A stretch of 64,000 nucleotides of DNA from Takakia lepidozioides (Eukaryota > Plantae > Bryophyta), in assembly GCA_030704615.1 (NCBI GenBank), contig CM060731.1, positions 81,964,001 through 82,028,000 on the forward strand, written 5' to 3'. A model generated the notes under the pieces. The model did not search any database. It worked only from the letters and a program-made list of their open reading frames with translations, and was not told the DNA's origin. Both the position numbers and the translations under genes were made by a program. Shown here one piece after another: positions 25,518-36,760 of the stretch. Numbering within the stretch: position 1 is the first letter of the stretch; every line of letters begins with the position of its first letter.

Positions 25518-25707
25518 TGTCGTGCGCATACATATCGCTACACAACTACATCGCTGTCCAAAACCACACAACACATGTGCACACCACACACTAGTATACC
25601 ACTAGTCTACCACTAGTCCAGCCACTAGTCCAACCACTAGGCTACAACTAGTCAGTCACTAGGCTGCCACTACGCTGCCCACTATGGCAGTCACTAGTCC
25701 ACACAAT
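25518..25707 (-). repeat. Repeat B1 (190 bp), preceded by a PPT-like AGGGGGCG
   Basis: Identical to 25001-25190. Purine tract at 25708-25715 on the minus strand. Confidence 0.95.
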
Positions 25708-25964
25708 CGCCCCCTAGCTGGTGCTTAGGTCCCTCTAAGTCCAGGTAGCCACAAGATGTGATAGTGACCATAGCCTCACTAAGTCCTCCACCACTATCCC
25801 TACTACACTCAAACTCGATAGATCAAGAGGCCGGGTGCAAGAGTTGCCCCATCGTTAGTCGCCGTCTTGCAACCTGTGAACTTGAGCTTGGGATCTCATG
25901 TATTGACTCCTATGAGCTTGGCCTCCCATGTCTTGTTAGCTGCCTCCAGTCATGTCCACTGCCA

Positions 25965-28900
25965 CTATCCCAAGCAGTGTGGACACAACCAATCTCCGTC
26001 AGGAACCTTCTCAAGAGGTGGTGTCAAGCATCCCATATGCCAACCCTTGAGCACCGATCACACACCAGCATGGTGGCTGCCCCTTTGGCAGACCCACAGA
26101 GCATGCACCTCAAACCTGCAGGTACCACTGCCAAGTTTGGGTCAACTCTGCCATCGACATTGGGAAGGTGACATGGCGCACAATTACGCACATGGTCTTT
26201 CCAAGTCATGCCATCCCGACCCTCTAAGATCAGGACCCCTGAGGGCAACACCTCTCGAACCCTCAGAATAACACGCCCTGCAGTAACATCCAGAGTCGTA
26301 GGAGCAGTCTGCTGCAAATAAACATAGTCACCAGGGCTAAACCTCCGAACCCCAGGACGATATCCTCCACCACGTATAGTGGCATACCTCAACGTATCAC
26401 GGTGCTGTGCAATGGCAAGGTTCTCAAAAGCCATGGGCATGACTTTCTTGAACAACTCTGCACGCTGATCACATGCACGTACCCACACGTCCGGATCGTC
26501 AAGGTTAAGGACTTGAGCAGTGTCCCTACGAATGGCTGCAGGCAAATCCGGCTCTCGGCCAAAGAGAAGGAAATATGGTGAGAAGGAGGCAAGTGATGCT
26601 TGTTTGCTGAACCTGTAGCCCATGGCTAACCAAGGAACCTGAAGATCCCAATCTCCTAGGTGTCCCTTCTGCAAGCCATACTTGCGCAAACCCCTCTTCA
26701 CCGTCTGAACAACTCTCTCTGCTAAGCCATCGGCCTCAGGATGATCCCGAGAAGTGGTGCGGTGGTCTATCAAGGCTTTATCACACAAAGCCTGAAACTC
26801 CCCAAGAACTCTCTCCCTTGGTCCGTGAGTACCTCAGCTGGAGCACCAAATCGGCTAAGCACACGATCCAAGAATGCATACGCAGCCCCCTCACTAGCCT
26901 TGTCAGGCAATGGAACCAACTCAATCCACTTGGAGAAGTGCTCCACCATCACCAACACATATCTGTGGTGGCGCATAGTCAGTGGCAACGGTCCTGCGAA
27001 GTCAAGACTCCATCTGTAGCCCAATCCCATGATAGGTAAAGGATGCAACTGTGGTGTAGGGGCGTTGAATGAAGCACGCACCCTGTCACACACCATGCAC
27101 CTAGCCACAAACTGTTGCACCTCTGTATGCATACCACGCCACCAATACTGCCCCTGCAGTAAACTGTGAGTGCGTCGCACTCCAAAATGCCCCAACTCCT
27201 CATGGGCATGCCGCACTAACCGTGCACGCTGTGTGGGGTGAGGCACAATCCTCACCCGACCACCCTCCCACACTCGAAGTAGGTGTATCCCCTCCCACTT
27301 GAACCTCTTGGCTCGTTGCAGGATCCGATCCCTCTCCCTGGCAGTCACAATGGCTGCCGTGTCTCCCGTGCGGAGGTAGTCCAACACAGCCGAATCCTCA
27401 TGTATATCTCTGGCACCACCTAGCTCATCACTAGCCTCAGGGTCCTCAGACACTCCGTCTACAGTCATCCCTGTTGTAGGTCCAATCTGACCTCCCGATG
27501 CCAAGATACACAAAAATGCAGATGCGTGCCATCCCGGCACCATCTCCTCGTCCGTCTCACCATGCCACCGAGCTCCAGTGTCATCCTGCTGGCTCATGCA
27601 TGGATTGCGACTCAATCCATCCGCATCCCGATTGACCAAACCCGGTCGATGCACAACCTGAAAGTCATACTCCTGGAGTATAAGTGCCCACCGTGCAAGC
27701 TTCCCCGTAAGCTTGTCTGACTCCATCAACCACTTGAGTGGCTGGTGATCCGTGACAAGGGTGAAAAGATTGCCGTATAGATAGCACCTGAAGTGTGCCA
27801 CGGCCCACACTGCAGCTAAGCACTCTCCCTCATATGAGCTGTACTTAGCCTCTGCAGCGTTGTTCGAGCGGCTAGCGTAAGCCACTACGAACTCTCTTCC
27901 CTCATCATCCACCTGTGTGAGCACCGCTCCAAGCCCCAGCATGCTCCAATCCGTATGCAGCTGAAAGGGACGCCCCTGATAGGTCGTCTCAAGATAGGCG
28001 CCGAGGTCAACCTCGCCTTGAGCTCTTGAAAAGCTCGTTCCTGCTCATCTTCCCACTGCCACTCCTGGTCCACCTTGGTCAGCTTGGTTAGAGCCTTTGC
28101 AATGGTACTAAATCCCTTGACAAACCGTCTATAATAGTTTGCCAACCCCATGAAAGCTCGAACTCGGCTCACATCCGTGGGGCGTGGAATTTGTGCAATG
28201 GCCTCTACCTTAGTCTGCTGTACCCCCAATCCTCCAGGATATATCATGTGACCCAGATACTCAATCTGGTTGTGGAAAAACTTGCACTTCCCGGATGCAA
28301 CTTCAATCCGTGCGCTCTCAAGCGCTCCAATACCACCTGAAGGTGTCTCTCATGCTCCTCCATCGTAACACTAAAGATGATGATGTCATCTATGTAGCAC
28401 CGAGCAAAGTCCACCCCTGCTAGAATCCTATCCATGACTCTCTGAAACTCTGCAGGAGCATTCTTAAGCCCAAATGGTAAGAACCGCCACTGATATAGGC
28501 AATCCTTGCCGTGCTCATTGATCCCCCAGAATGCCGTCTTCTGCTTGTCCGCCTCCTTGATTGGCAACTGGTGATATCCGGATCGTAAATCCAAAGTGCT
28601 AAAGGCCTTAGCATGCCCGATGGCATCAAAGATCTCCTCTGGTGTTGGCATGGCATACTTATCGGACTTGGTCTGACGATTTACAGGCCGGTAATCACCG
28701 CACATACGTCTCTCCGTCCAATTGCCATAGACATCCTTCTTGGCTGGCATCACTGTGGCTGAAGCATACTCTCCACCAGAGAGCTCCACCAAACCTGCCT
28801 CCCAGAGATCTTGAGTCCTCATCTGAATCAAAGACCTCTCCATGTCACTGTATCTATAGGGTCTCCGAAAGATTGGCGTGTCAGTGGCCAACTCAATACG

Positions 28901-29040
28901 GATCTCTTGACCCTTCAGTGCTCCCAAGTCCTTCAAACTGAAGGCAAAAGCAATTCCTGTAAGCCCTCAGGAACCGCCGTATACGTCGTCTCTCTCCTCC
29001 GGTGACAATGGGTCCAATGTCAGGCTCCCAATTGTCCTCC
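25965..29040 (-). CDS. pol: pol region: RT - RNase H - DDE integrase - C-terminal PHD finger (broken by single-base frameshifts as assembled)
   Basis: RT: RMCGDYRPVN, FSTLDLRSGYHQL, LPFGLKNAPAEFQR, YIDD. RNase H: LHTDWS, YEGECLAAVWAVAHFRCYL, VTDHQPL, DADGLSR. Integrase: HEELGH...CMVC, SLDFAG, LTDQGREF, GLAER. PHD: CMLC...CDRC(SRGW)HMGC...WLCPHC, stop at 25965-25967. Confidence 0.93.
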
Positions 29041-29399
29041 GTAACTACAACCTTAAGTCCAGTGGGCTTAGAGGTAGAGGACGCGTCCCGTGGTTGCTAT
29101 GCTGCAACCTCTTGAGCAGTACTCCCTCCTGCTCAGTCAATGACAAGGCATCATCCTGCCCCATCATCTCATCCTTGAGGACCTCCTCAACTCGAGAAGA
29201 ATCCCCAACCTCATCCATCACAGCCGCCTTGGCTGCCAACTCCCTCTGAACCTCGAGCACCTCCCACGTGTGCCATGGATGCATGCACCCCGTGGTCCTC
29301 ATATGCTCGCCCCCACTCACTGCCTGTACCGTCTCGGTAGGCAGAGAGACCATTGAGGGAAGTGTATTCCGCACTCTGCGTTGCTCAGCTAGAGCCAAG

Positions 29400-30345
29400 C
29401 TGATAATCCAGGTCAAGCAATTGAGATCCATTGCTTGCCCCAACACTTGACGACGTGATGCCTCAGAAAGAGACGACACCGCCGTGGTACCAGTGGTAAA
29501 ACCCATTGCCCGCTCACGCTCGTCAGCATTAGGCTCCACTAACTGCTGCAACTGAGCATCCCACAGGAGGCCAGGTCCACTATCCCGGAAAGCATGCGAT
29601 CCTGGGAAGCTGAGCAGTGTAGGTAATGCTGCTCGTGGTTGACCCACCTTGTTGACCACTGCCAAAGGCGAACGGTCATCGTGTCTCACACGTTGAGACT
29701 GCCTCCCTGTGTCCAGAATGTTATCCACTGTGAGATGTGCTGGCCGCTGCACCCCATCAAATGCACGCTTGAGCAGTGCGGGTGGCATCATGTTAGTCCA
29801 CCATAGCCGTGGACGATGAGCCCGTGACCCCACTGTAGCTGCATCTAGCAACACTGCTGACCCAAGCCACGACCGGACTTGATGCACACTGGCCATCACC
29901 CTGGCCCGAGAATCGCCCATCAGTGGCACATTCTCCAAGATGTATGCTGGAGATACAGCTTGATGAAGCTGCAAGTGGCGCAAAACCCGCACCATCTCCC
30001 AAAACAGACCCGACCTCGAGTCTCGCAATCCATTGCCATGCCCGGCTGATGAATGCCCTTGGCAGGGCCAACCTGCCACTACCAGATCAATGGAGCCAAC
30101 CCGCTCCAAATCCTGCGCCCCCAGCAACGAAATGTCTGCTGGCAAGGCCTGCTGATATCCACGAATTGCAGACACCGACAACAACTCAGGGTACCGCTGC
30201 ACCAACTGAGCAACATGGCGAAGTGAAACGCGTCGTGCAGTCTCATCCCTCTCCACATACAGGTAACGCCGAACTCGTACACCTGCCTGTAACACAGCAG
30301 CCAATCCGGTGCTGATCCCGCCAAACAAGTCCAGAAGACAAATGC
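29400..30345 (-). CDS. C5 cytosine DNA methyltransferase domain (DNMT3-like, non-permuted) within ORF 29045-31429
   Basis: Motif I LLDLFGGISTG; II YVERD; IV DLVVAGWPCQG (catalytic Cys); V SGLFWE; VI ILENV; VIII DAATVGSRAHRPRLWWTN; IX ERERAMGF; X RRQVLGQAM. The frame is uninterrupted. Confidence 0.95.
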
Positions 30346-30739
30346 CTTCATCCGGAGACTGCCACACAATAGGTGTGGTGTCCAATGGAGACAATTGAGG
30401 TGGTCCTGGTGCAATCCCCACACTCTCCTCCTCTCCTGACGGTACAAAAGCCTCCACCCAGGCTTGTTGCACCCGTCGATCAGCATCCCGCTGCAAATCC
30501 TTGCTCGTGCCCCACAATGGAGTCTGAGCAACCATGGTAGGCAACTCCGCCATACCATACATGTCATCCTGCTCTCCCGGAGGTGGTACATCCTCTGAAT
30601 GAGCATTGCCCTCAAGCAACTCTCTAGGCCAACTCACTGCCGCTGTGAATGCTGCTAGTGTCGGCATCTTGCCTCGCTGGGCAACCGCAACTCCTCCTAT
30701 GAACGTCACAGGGAGCTGCACACGCCGGCCCTCCCCTGA

Positions 30740-31080
30740 CTGCCATGCAGGCCTATAGGAAGCTGACTCCTCCCAAAAATCCAGGGTGAAGCCCATGGGG
30801 TACAACACTGCCCCACCAACCAGGACATCGTATGAGACTGCGTCTGTCACAATGGCCTTGGCTCGCATCACTGAGCCATCTGTAGGGTGATCCGGCCGTA
30901 GTCTGATAGCCAACTCATGCCGTGTCATGCCCCGAGCCTGCTCCGATCCTCCCAGAGACGTCTGTATCTGGAAAGGACAAGGCTCCATATCCGCCTCCGT
31001 GAGGCCCAAGCCTGCAATAGCAGCTCTGCCCAGCATCAGTGGCTGAGCTCCCGAGTCCAACAAGACTCGCAGTGGCCGGT
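30740..31080 (-). CDS. Retroviral-type aspartic protease domain, in the same ORF as and upstream of the DNMT
   Basis: VLLDSGAQPL active site and YDVLVGG C-terminal motif. Confidence 0.85.
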
Positions 31081-31419
31081 ACCTCTTGCCTGCCGGTCCA
31101 CTCAAACAGAAAATGCCATCCTGGTTGTCTAACATGACAACTCCAGGTGTCACCATGGCGCGCTCAATGGCTGGCCTAGCTGGCAGCTCCATCAACCTGG
31201 CAGCTGCAGCTTGCCATGGCGCCGCCGTGGCAGTCTTGACCCTCAAATCCGAGGATCCCTCCGGCACTACACCTCCCACTATCTCCGCAGAAGATGAAGT
31301 AACCTCCCCACTCTCACAGAGTGTAGCTGCCAGCCTGAACACCTCAGCTGGTCTTATCCCCGGCGTCGCAATCATGGTAGCCGAGAACAATGGAGCCTGG
31401 CACACAGATGTGGCCGCTC

Positions 31420-33267
31420 CTAGCAGCACACTAGCTGCCGTAGCCTTGGCAACACTAGGTAGTGGTGCTGCCCGTGTAGCTCTCCCAATGGCATAGTAAC
31501 CTCCGCCTCGGTAATAGTCGGGCGAGAACTAGGTGCCATGGATGGCGTCGACACTGTCTCCGCCAATGTGAATGACTGAGGAAGCCTAGCCTGACGGCTT
31601 GCCTCCCCACGCTGTGGATCCAACTCCACCTCTGCACCTCGTGGCTCAGGAACTCGTGCTGCTCCTCGAGTCACGGCTGCAGCAGACTCCACCTGCACTA
31701 GTGGTAGTGCTGCTCCACACATGAATCCCATGCCTCCCATATCTCCTCCCTCAGGAGCAGGAGGTGGACCATCCGGCCTTAGAGCCGGTACCACCTGAGC
31801 TGTAGCCATGGCAGCGAGCCTCTGCTCTAGCTGCTGAAGCCGGTTGGCCATGCCTTGGTCAACACCCTGACCTCCGCGTCCTTGGCCACGTTGAGCTTGC
31901 CCTTGGCCTGCACCTCGTGGCTGGCCACCTCGTCCTCTCTGGGCTGCTCCACCTCGCCCCCGGCCACCATTGTTCCCTTGGAACTGGCCTGGGCGCAACT
32001 CAGGATGCAAACCATAACACTGGGCCTCTCCATGCCCGTGCTTGCCACAATGCCCACACTGCAACTGTGCAGGCTGTGCATGTGCCGACCCTTTGCCTCC
32101 CTCTGGGCAATCCTTCTTGACATGGGGTCCTCCACATGTCCAGCACACCACATCCGCCCGTTGTTGGCCAGCAAATGAAGGGAGAGACCCCTGCATCTGA
32201 GGTCCTCTCTGCCCTTCCCTGAGCTTCACCTGAGCCCCCTTGTTGCCTTGAGCACGTTGAGGTAGTGGTTGGCTAGGAGCACCACTACCCCGTGGTGTCT
32301 CCTTAGCAAATCCCACCATGACCACTCGTTCCTCCACCATGTTGAGCTCTATCCGCTCTGCCAGCAAAAACACATTTGCTAAGGTGGGTTGGGCCGCTTG
32401 TAGGAGAGTTGCATCCCGCACCCTTCTCCTCAGCTCCTTGTCCAATATCCCATACCAGAATTGGACTGCCTGAGCTTCCGTAACCCCTTGGGTTACATTT
32501 ATCAAGCGCCTCATGCGAGTGAAAGCCTCCCTCAAGCTCTCGGTCGGCTTCCGTTGGAACTCTTGCAAGCTCCGCAACTTCTCTGTCCTCACCCCTTGGT
32601 AGTTCCCTCTCAACTCTTCGAAGAACTCCACAACAGGGTTGAAGGCAGGCACGGGTGCTAGTGCTGGTGCGGTAGTGGCTTGGGTGGACGTCGTAGCTAC
32701 TGTACCACCAGTCCCACTGCTACTTGCTGAAGCTGCCGGTGCAGCGGCAGGTGTAGCCACTGCCCTCGTGGCTCTAGTGCCCCTAGTGATGGAGACATAG
32801 TCGGGTGACCAGTACATCCTCCACTCCTCGATCTCAACCTCATGCCCCCGCCTGAACTCATGGTAATCATCCATAGGCGGCCCCTCAAGGTGCTGAAACA
32901 GCCCTTTCCATGCCATGAACGGCGTAAATAGTTGTGGATTGCGCATTTGCTGCAAATCACACCAACTATCAAACTCTTGGATAAAATCATCCAACTCAAT
33001 GGTGCCCACCGCCCCAGAGTACCTTCGTGGCCCCTTGGTAGCTCCATACATCTCCTCCATTGTGTCCCACAACAATGGCAAAGAAACAACTTGCACCGCC
33101 GGTATGAGCCCTCCTGATTCACAATCCGAATCAGAACCTTCCGTGGAAGACACAGGAGGTGAAGGTGGCCTAAACCGCACACCTCGTCTCGTGTACCCAC
33201 TAGTATCGCTAGTGCTCGAACCGGCACTGTCCCCAGCAACTAGTGGCACCTCCGTGTTGACACTCAA
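31420..33267 (-). CDS. gag: Gag with two CCHC zinc knuckles (first in-frame ATG at 33060)
   Basis: LDDFIQEFDSW, FQRKPTESLREAFTRM (MHR-like), CWTCGGPHVKKDC and CGHCGKHGHGEAQC, followed by an RGG-rich region. Confidence 0.88.
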   Translation of the reverse strand: MSVNTEVPLVAGDSAGSSTSDTSGYTRRGVRFRPPSPPVSSTEGSDSDCESGGLIPAVQVVSLPLLWDTMEEMYGATKGPRRYSGAVGTIELDDFIQEFDSWCDLQQMRNPQLFTPFMAWKGLFQHLEGPPMDDYHEFRRGHEVEIEEWRMYWSPDYVSITRGTRATRAVATPAAAPAASASSSGTGGTVATTSTQATTAPALAPVPAFNPVVEFFEELRGNYQGVRTEKLRSLQEFQRKPTESLREAFTRMRRLINVTQGVTEAQAVQFWYGILDKELRRRVRDATLLQAAQPTLANVFLLAERIELNMVEERVVMVGFAKETPRGSGAPSQPLPQRAQGNKGAQVKLREGQRGPQMQGSLPSFAGQQRADVVCWTCGGPHVKKDCPEGGKGSAHAQPAQLQCGHCGKHGHGEAQCYGLHPELRPGQFQGNNGGRGRGGAAQRGRGGQPRGAGQGQAQRGQGRGGQGVDQGMANRLQQLEQRLAAMATAQVVPALRPDGPPPAPEGGDMGGMGFMCGAALPLVQVESAAAVTRGAARVPEPRGAEVELDPQRGEASRQARLPQSFTLAETVSTPSMAPSSRPTITEAEVTMPLGELHGQHHYLVLPRLRQLVCC

Positions 33268-33539
33268 CCGGTCATGAACATGTCCCTAACCCCCTCTCCA
33301 CAAGGTAACCGGGTAGAGAACCTGTTGCGGCTTATGGTTTGGAATACTAAGTTCCTAACATAGCCTACACCTGAACTTGCATGACCATGGGAATATCATG
33401 AAGATACTCCTCAAACCGCCCTCCACGAGCTTCAAAATTCGGCCTTCCAGACCACATGCCAGTCCTTAGTCCACCAGTGCCTCCACGAGTCAGCACAGGC
33501 CATCCACAGGTCAACACGGGCCACCACAGACCAGCACAG

Positions 33540-35900
33540 GCCCACACAGCTCACTGGTCACAGCCGTCACAGTCCCACAGGCCACTGGGCACAGCCTGTC
33601 ACAGCCCCTCACAGCGTCACAGCCCAAAGGCCTCAGGCACGGCCTGTCACAGCCCCTCACAGCCCGTCACAGCCCCAAAGGCCTCAGCACGGCCTGTCAC
33701 AGCCCCTCACAGCCCGTCACAGCCTCAAAGGCCTCAGGCACGGCCTGTCACAGCCCCTCACAGCCCTCACAGCCCAAAGGCCTCAGGCACGGCCTGTCAC
33801 AGCCCTCACAGCCCGTCACAGATTCCAAAGGCCATGGGCACGGCCTGTCACAGCCCCTCACAGCCGTCACAGCCCCAAGGCTCAGGCACGGCGTCACAGC
33901 CCCTCACAGCCGTCACAGCCCCAAGGCGATGGCACGCCTGTCACAGCTCCTCACAGCCGTCCAGCTCACAGGGCACAGGCACAGCCGTCACAGCCCATCA
34001 CAGCCCCAAAGGCCTCAGGCACGGCCTGTCACAGCCCCTCACGCCGTCACAGCCCCAAAGGCCTCAGGCACGGCCTGTCACAGCCCCTCACAGCCCATCA
34101 CAGCCCCAAAGGCCATGGGCACGGCCTGTCACAGCCCCTCACAGCCCGTCACAGCCCCAAAGGCCTCAGGCACGGCCTGTCACAGCCCCTCACAGCCAGA
34201 CAGCCCAAAGGCCATGGGCACGACCTGTCACAGCTCCTCACAGCCCATCACAACCTCACAGGCCACAGGGCACAGCCCATCACAGCCCATTACAGCTGTC
34301 ACAGCTCACAGCCATCACAGCCCGTCACAGCCTCAAAGGCCTCAGGCACGGCCTGTCACAGCCCTCACAGCCCTCACAGCCCAAAGGCTCAGGCACGGCC
34401 TGTCACAGCCCCTCACAGCCCGTCACAGCCCCAAAGGCCCAGGCACGCCTGTCACAGCCCTCACAGCCCGTCACAGCCCCAAAGGCCATGGGCACGGCCT
34501 GTCACAGCCCCTCACAGCCCGTCACAGCCCCAAAGCCTCAGCACGGCCTGTCACAGCCTCACAGCCCTCACAGCCCCAAAGGCCTCAGGCACGGCTGTCA
34601 CAGCCCTCACAGCCGTCACAGCCCCAAAGGCCATGGGCACAGCCTGTCACAGCCCGCCACAACCCCACAGGCCTCAGGGCACAGCCTGTCACAGCCCCGC
34701 ACAGCCCGTCACAGCCCAAAGGCATGGGCACAGCCTGTCACAGCTGACACAGCCAGTCACAGCCACACAGGGCACAGGCACAGCCTGTCACAGCCATCAC
34801 AGCCCGTCACAGCCTCAAAGGCCTCAGGCACGGCCTGTCACAGCCCCTCAAGACCCTAACAGCCCGTCACAGCCCCAAAGGGCCAGGGCACGCCTGTCAC
34901 AGCCCTCACAGGCCCGTCACAGCCCCAAAGGCCCAGGCACGGCCTGTCACAGCCCCTCACAGCCCGTCACAGCCCAAAGGCCATGGGCACGACCTCAGCC
35001 CCTCACAGCCCGTCACACCTCAAGGCCTCAGGCACGGCCTGTCACAGCCCCTCACAGCCCCTCACAGCCCCAAAGGCCATGGGCACGGCCTGTCACAGCT
35101 CTCACAGCCGTCACAGCCTCACAGGGCACATGGCAAGCCTGTCACAGCCCATCAAGCCCATCACAGCCCGTCACAGCCTCAAAGGCCTCAGGCAGGCCTG
35201 TCACAGCCCCTCACAGCCCCTTCCAACGCTCAAGGCCTCAGGCACGGCCTTCACAGCCCCTCACAGCCCGTCACAGCCCCAAAGGCCAGGGGCACGGCCT
35301 GTCAAGCCATCACAGCCCGTCACAGCCCCAAAGGCATGGGCACAGCCTGTCACAGCCCCTCACAGCCCATCAAGCCTCAAGGCCTCAGGCACGGCCTATC
35401 ACAGCCCCTCACAGCCGTCACAGCCTCAAAGGCCTCAGGCACGGCCTGTCACAGCCCCTCACAGCCTGTCACAGCCCCAAAGGCAATGGGCACAGCCTGT
35501 CACAGCCGCACAAGCCCCAAGGCCTCAGGGCCAGCCGTCACAGCCCCGACAGCCCGTCACAGCCCCAAAGGCCACTGGGCACAGCTGTCACAGCCTGACA
35601 CAGCCCGTCACAGCCCCACAGGGCACAGGGCACAGCCTGTCACAGCCATCACAGCCCACTCACAGCCGCACAGCCCCACAGGCCAGAGGGCACAGCTGTC
35701 ACAGCCCGTCAACAGCCGTCACAGTTCCACAGGGCACAGGGCACAGCCTACAGCCCCACAGCCTGTCACAGCTTGCCACAGCCCATCACAGCCCGTCACA
35801 GCCCCACAGGGCACAGGGCACAGCCTGTCACAGCCCCTCACAGCCCCTCACAGCTCCTCATAGCCCGTCACAGCTTGCCACAGCCTGTTACAGCCCCACA
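33540..35900. repeat. About 2.4-kb minisatellite in the element leader; unit of about 50 bp (GGCCTCAGGCACGGCCTGTCACAGCCCCTCACAGCCCGTCACAGCCCCAAA) built from 10-bp TCACAGCCC subunits
   Basis: Read directly; dozens of variant units. Confidence 0.95.
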
Positions 35901-36329
35901 CATGGCCGCTCTGGCAGTTTAGCCATTTCTCCAAGGGGTTTAGCCACGCCAAGCTAGGGTTTGTGTCTCTTGGACTCTAGGCTTCTTTCCACCGAGCTAT
36001 GGTGGCTGTGAGGAAATCAGCAAGGTATCCTTGCTCTTTCGGCTCCCACACACCACCATAGTAGCCCTAAGCCATGAGGTGGTTGCCACAAACCAAGCCT
36101 TCTTTCTCACTTAGCCTCCCCAAACACGCCACTAAACTCAATGGCAAACAACCAAGCCCTGCTGGTTCCCAGCCCTTGTGAGCACTCATTCAAGCATTCT
36201 CATTGGCCATAGCATCTGTCTTAGAGCCTATTCCAGCCCTCTACACCTGTTGCTTCAAGAGTTGCGCTCCCTTCAAGCTTGAAGTTGAAACCCCAACTCA
36301 CATAGGCCCTACAAGTGCTTTTCTTTCAC

Positions 36330-36760
36330 TCCAAGTGGAAACCAGCCCTAGACCTTCCGTTCTAGCTCTCTAAGGCTTGAAAACAAGAGCCTCAATGGGC
36401 TGAAGGCATGCTCCACACATGCCCCACTCTCACCATAAGAGAATCAGCTCCTTTGCTTCATTTCTTGCACCCACAAACCTGAAAATACAAGCTTCAGCAG
36501 GCTGAAAGCATGCTCTACATGCCCTACAGGGAAACCAGCCCCTTCCTTCCTTCCTTGCACTCCCACACCTAAAAGTGCAAGCCTTCACCAGGCTGATAGC
36601 ATGCTCCACACATACATTGCCCTCACATAAGGGAAGTCAGCCCTTCCCTCTTCCTTGCTTGCCCTCCAAGCTTGAAGATGGAAGCTTCAATGAGCTGAAT
36701 ACATGCTCCACACATGCAACCTCTTCACACAAGAGATATCAGCCCCCTATCTTGGCTCCT
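36330..36760. repeat. Degenerate tandem repeat with a period of about 95-100 bp (GCTGA..GCATGCTCCACACATGC...CAGCCC)
   Basis: The core recurs at about 36399, 36501, 36591 and 36693. Confidence 0.65.

Noticed and set aside
29045-31429. Host DNMT3/DRM gene or bacterial contamination
   Set aside because: Intronless, fused in frame to a retroviral protease, inside a TSD-bounded element within intron-containing plant DNA.
33456-35957. Long plus-strand ORFs (467, 272, 321 and 324 aa) rich in P/S/Q/T/A/H
   Set aside because: Translations of a stop-poor minisatellite, open in several frames and antisense to the element.
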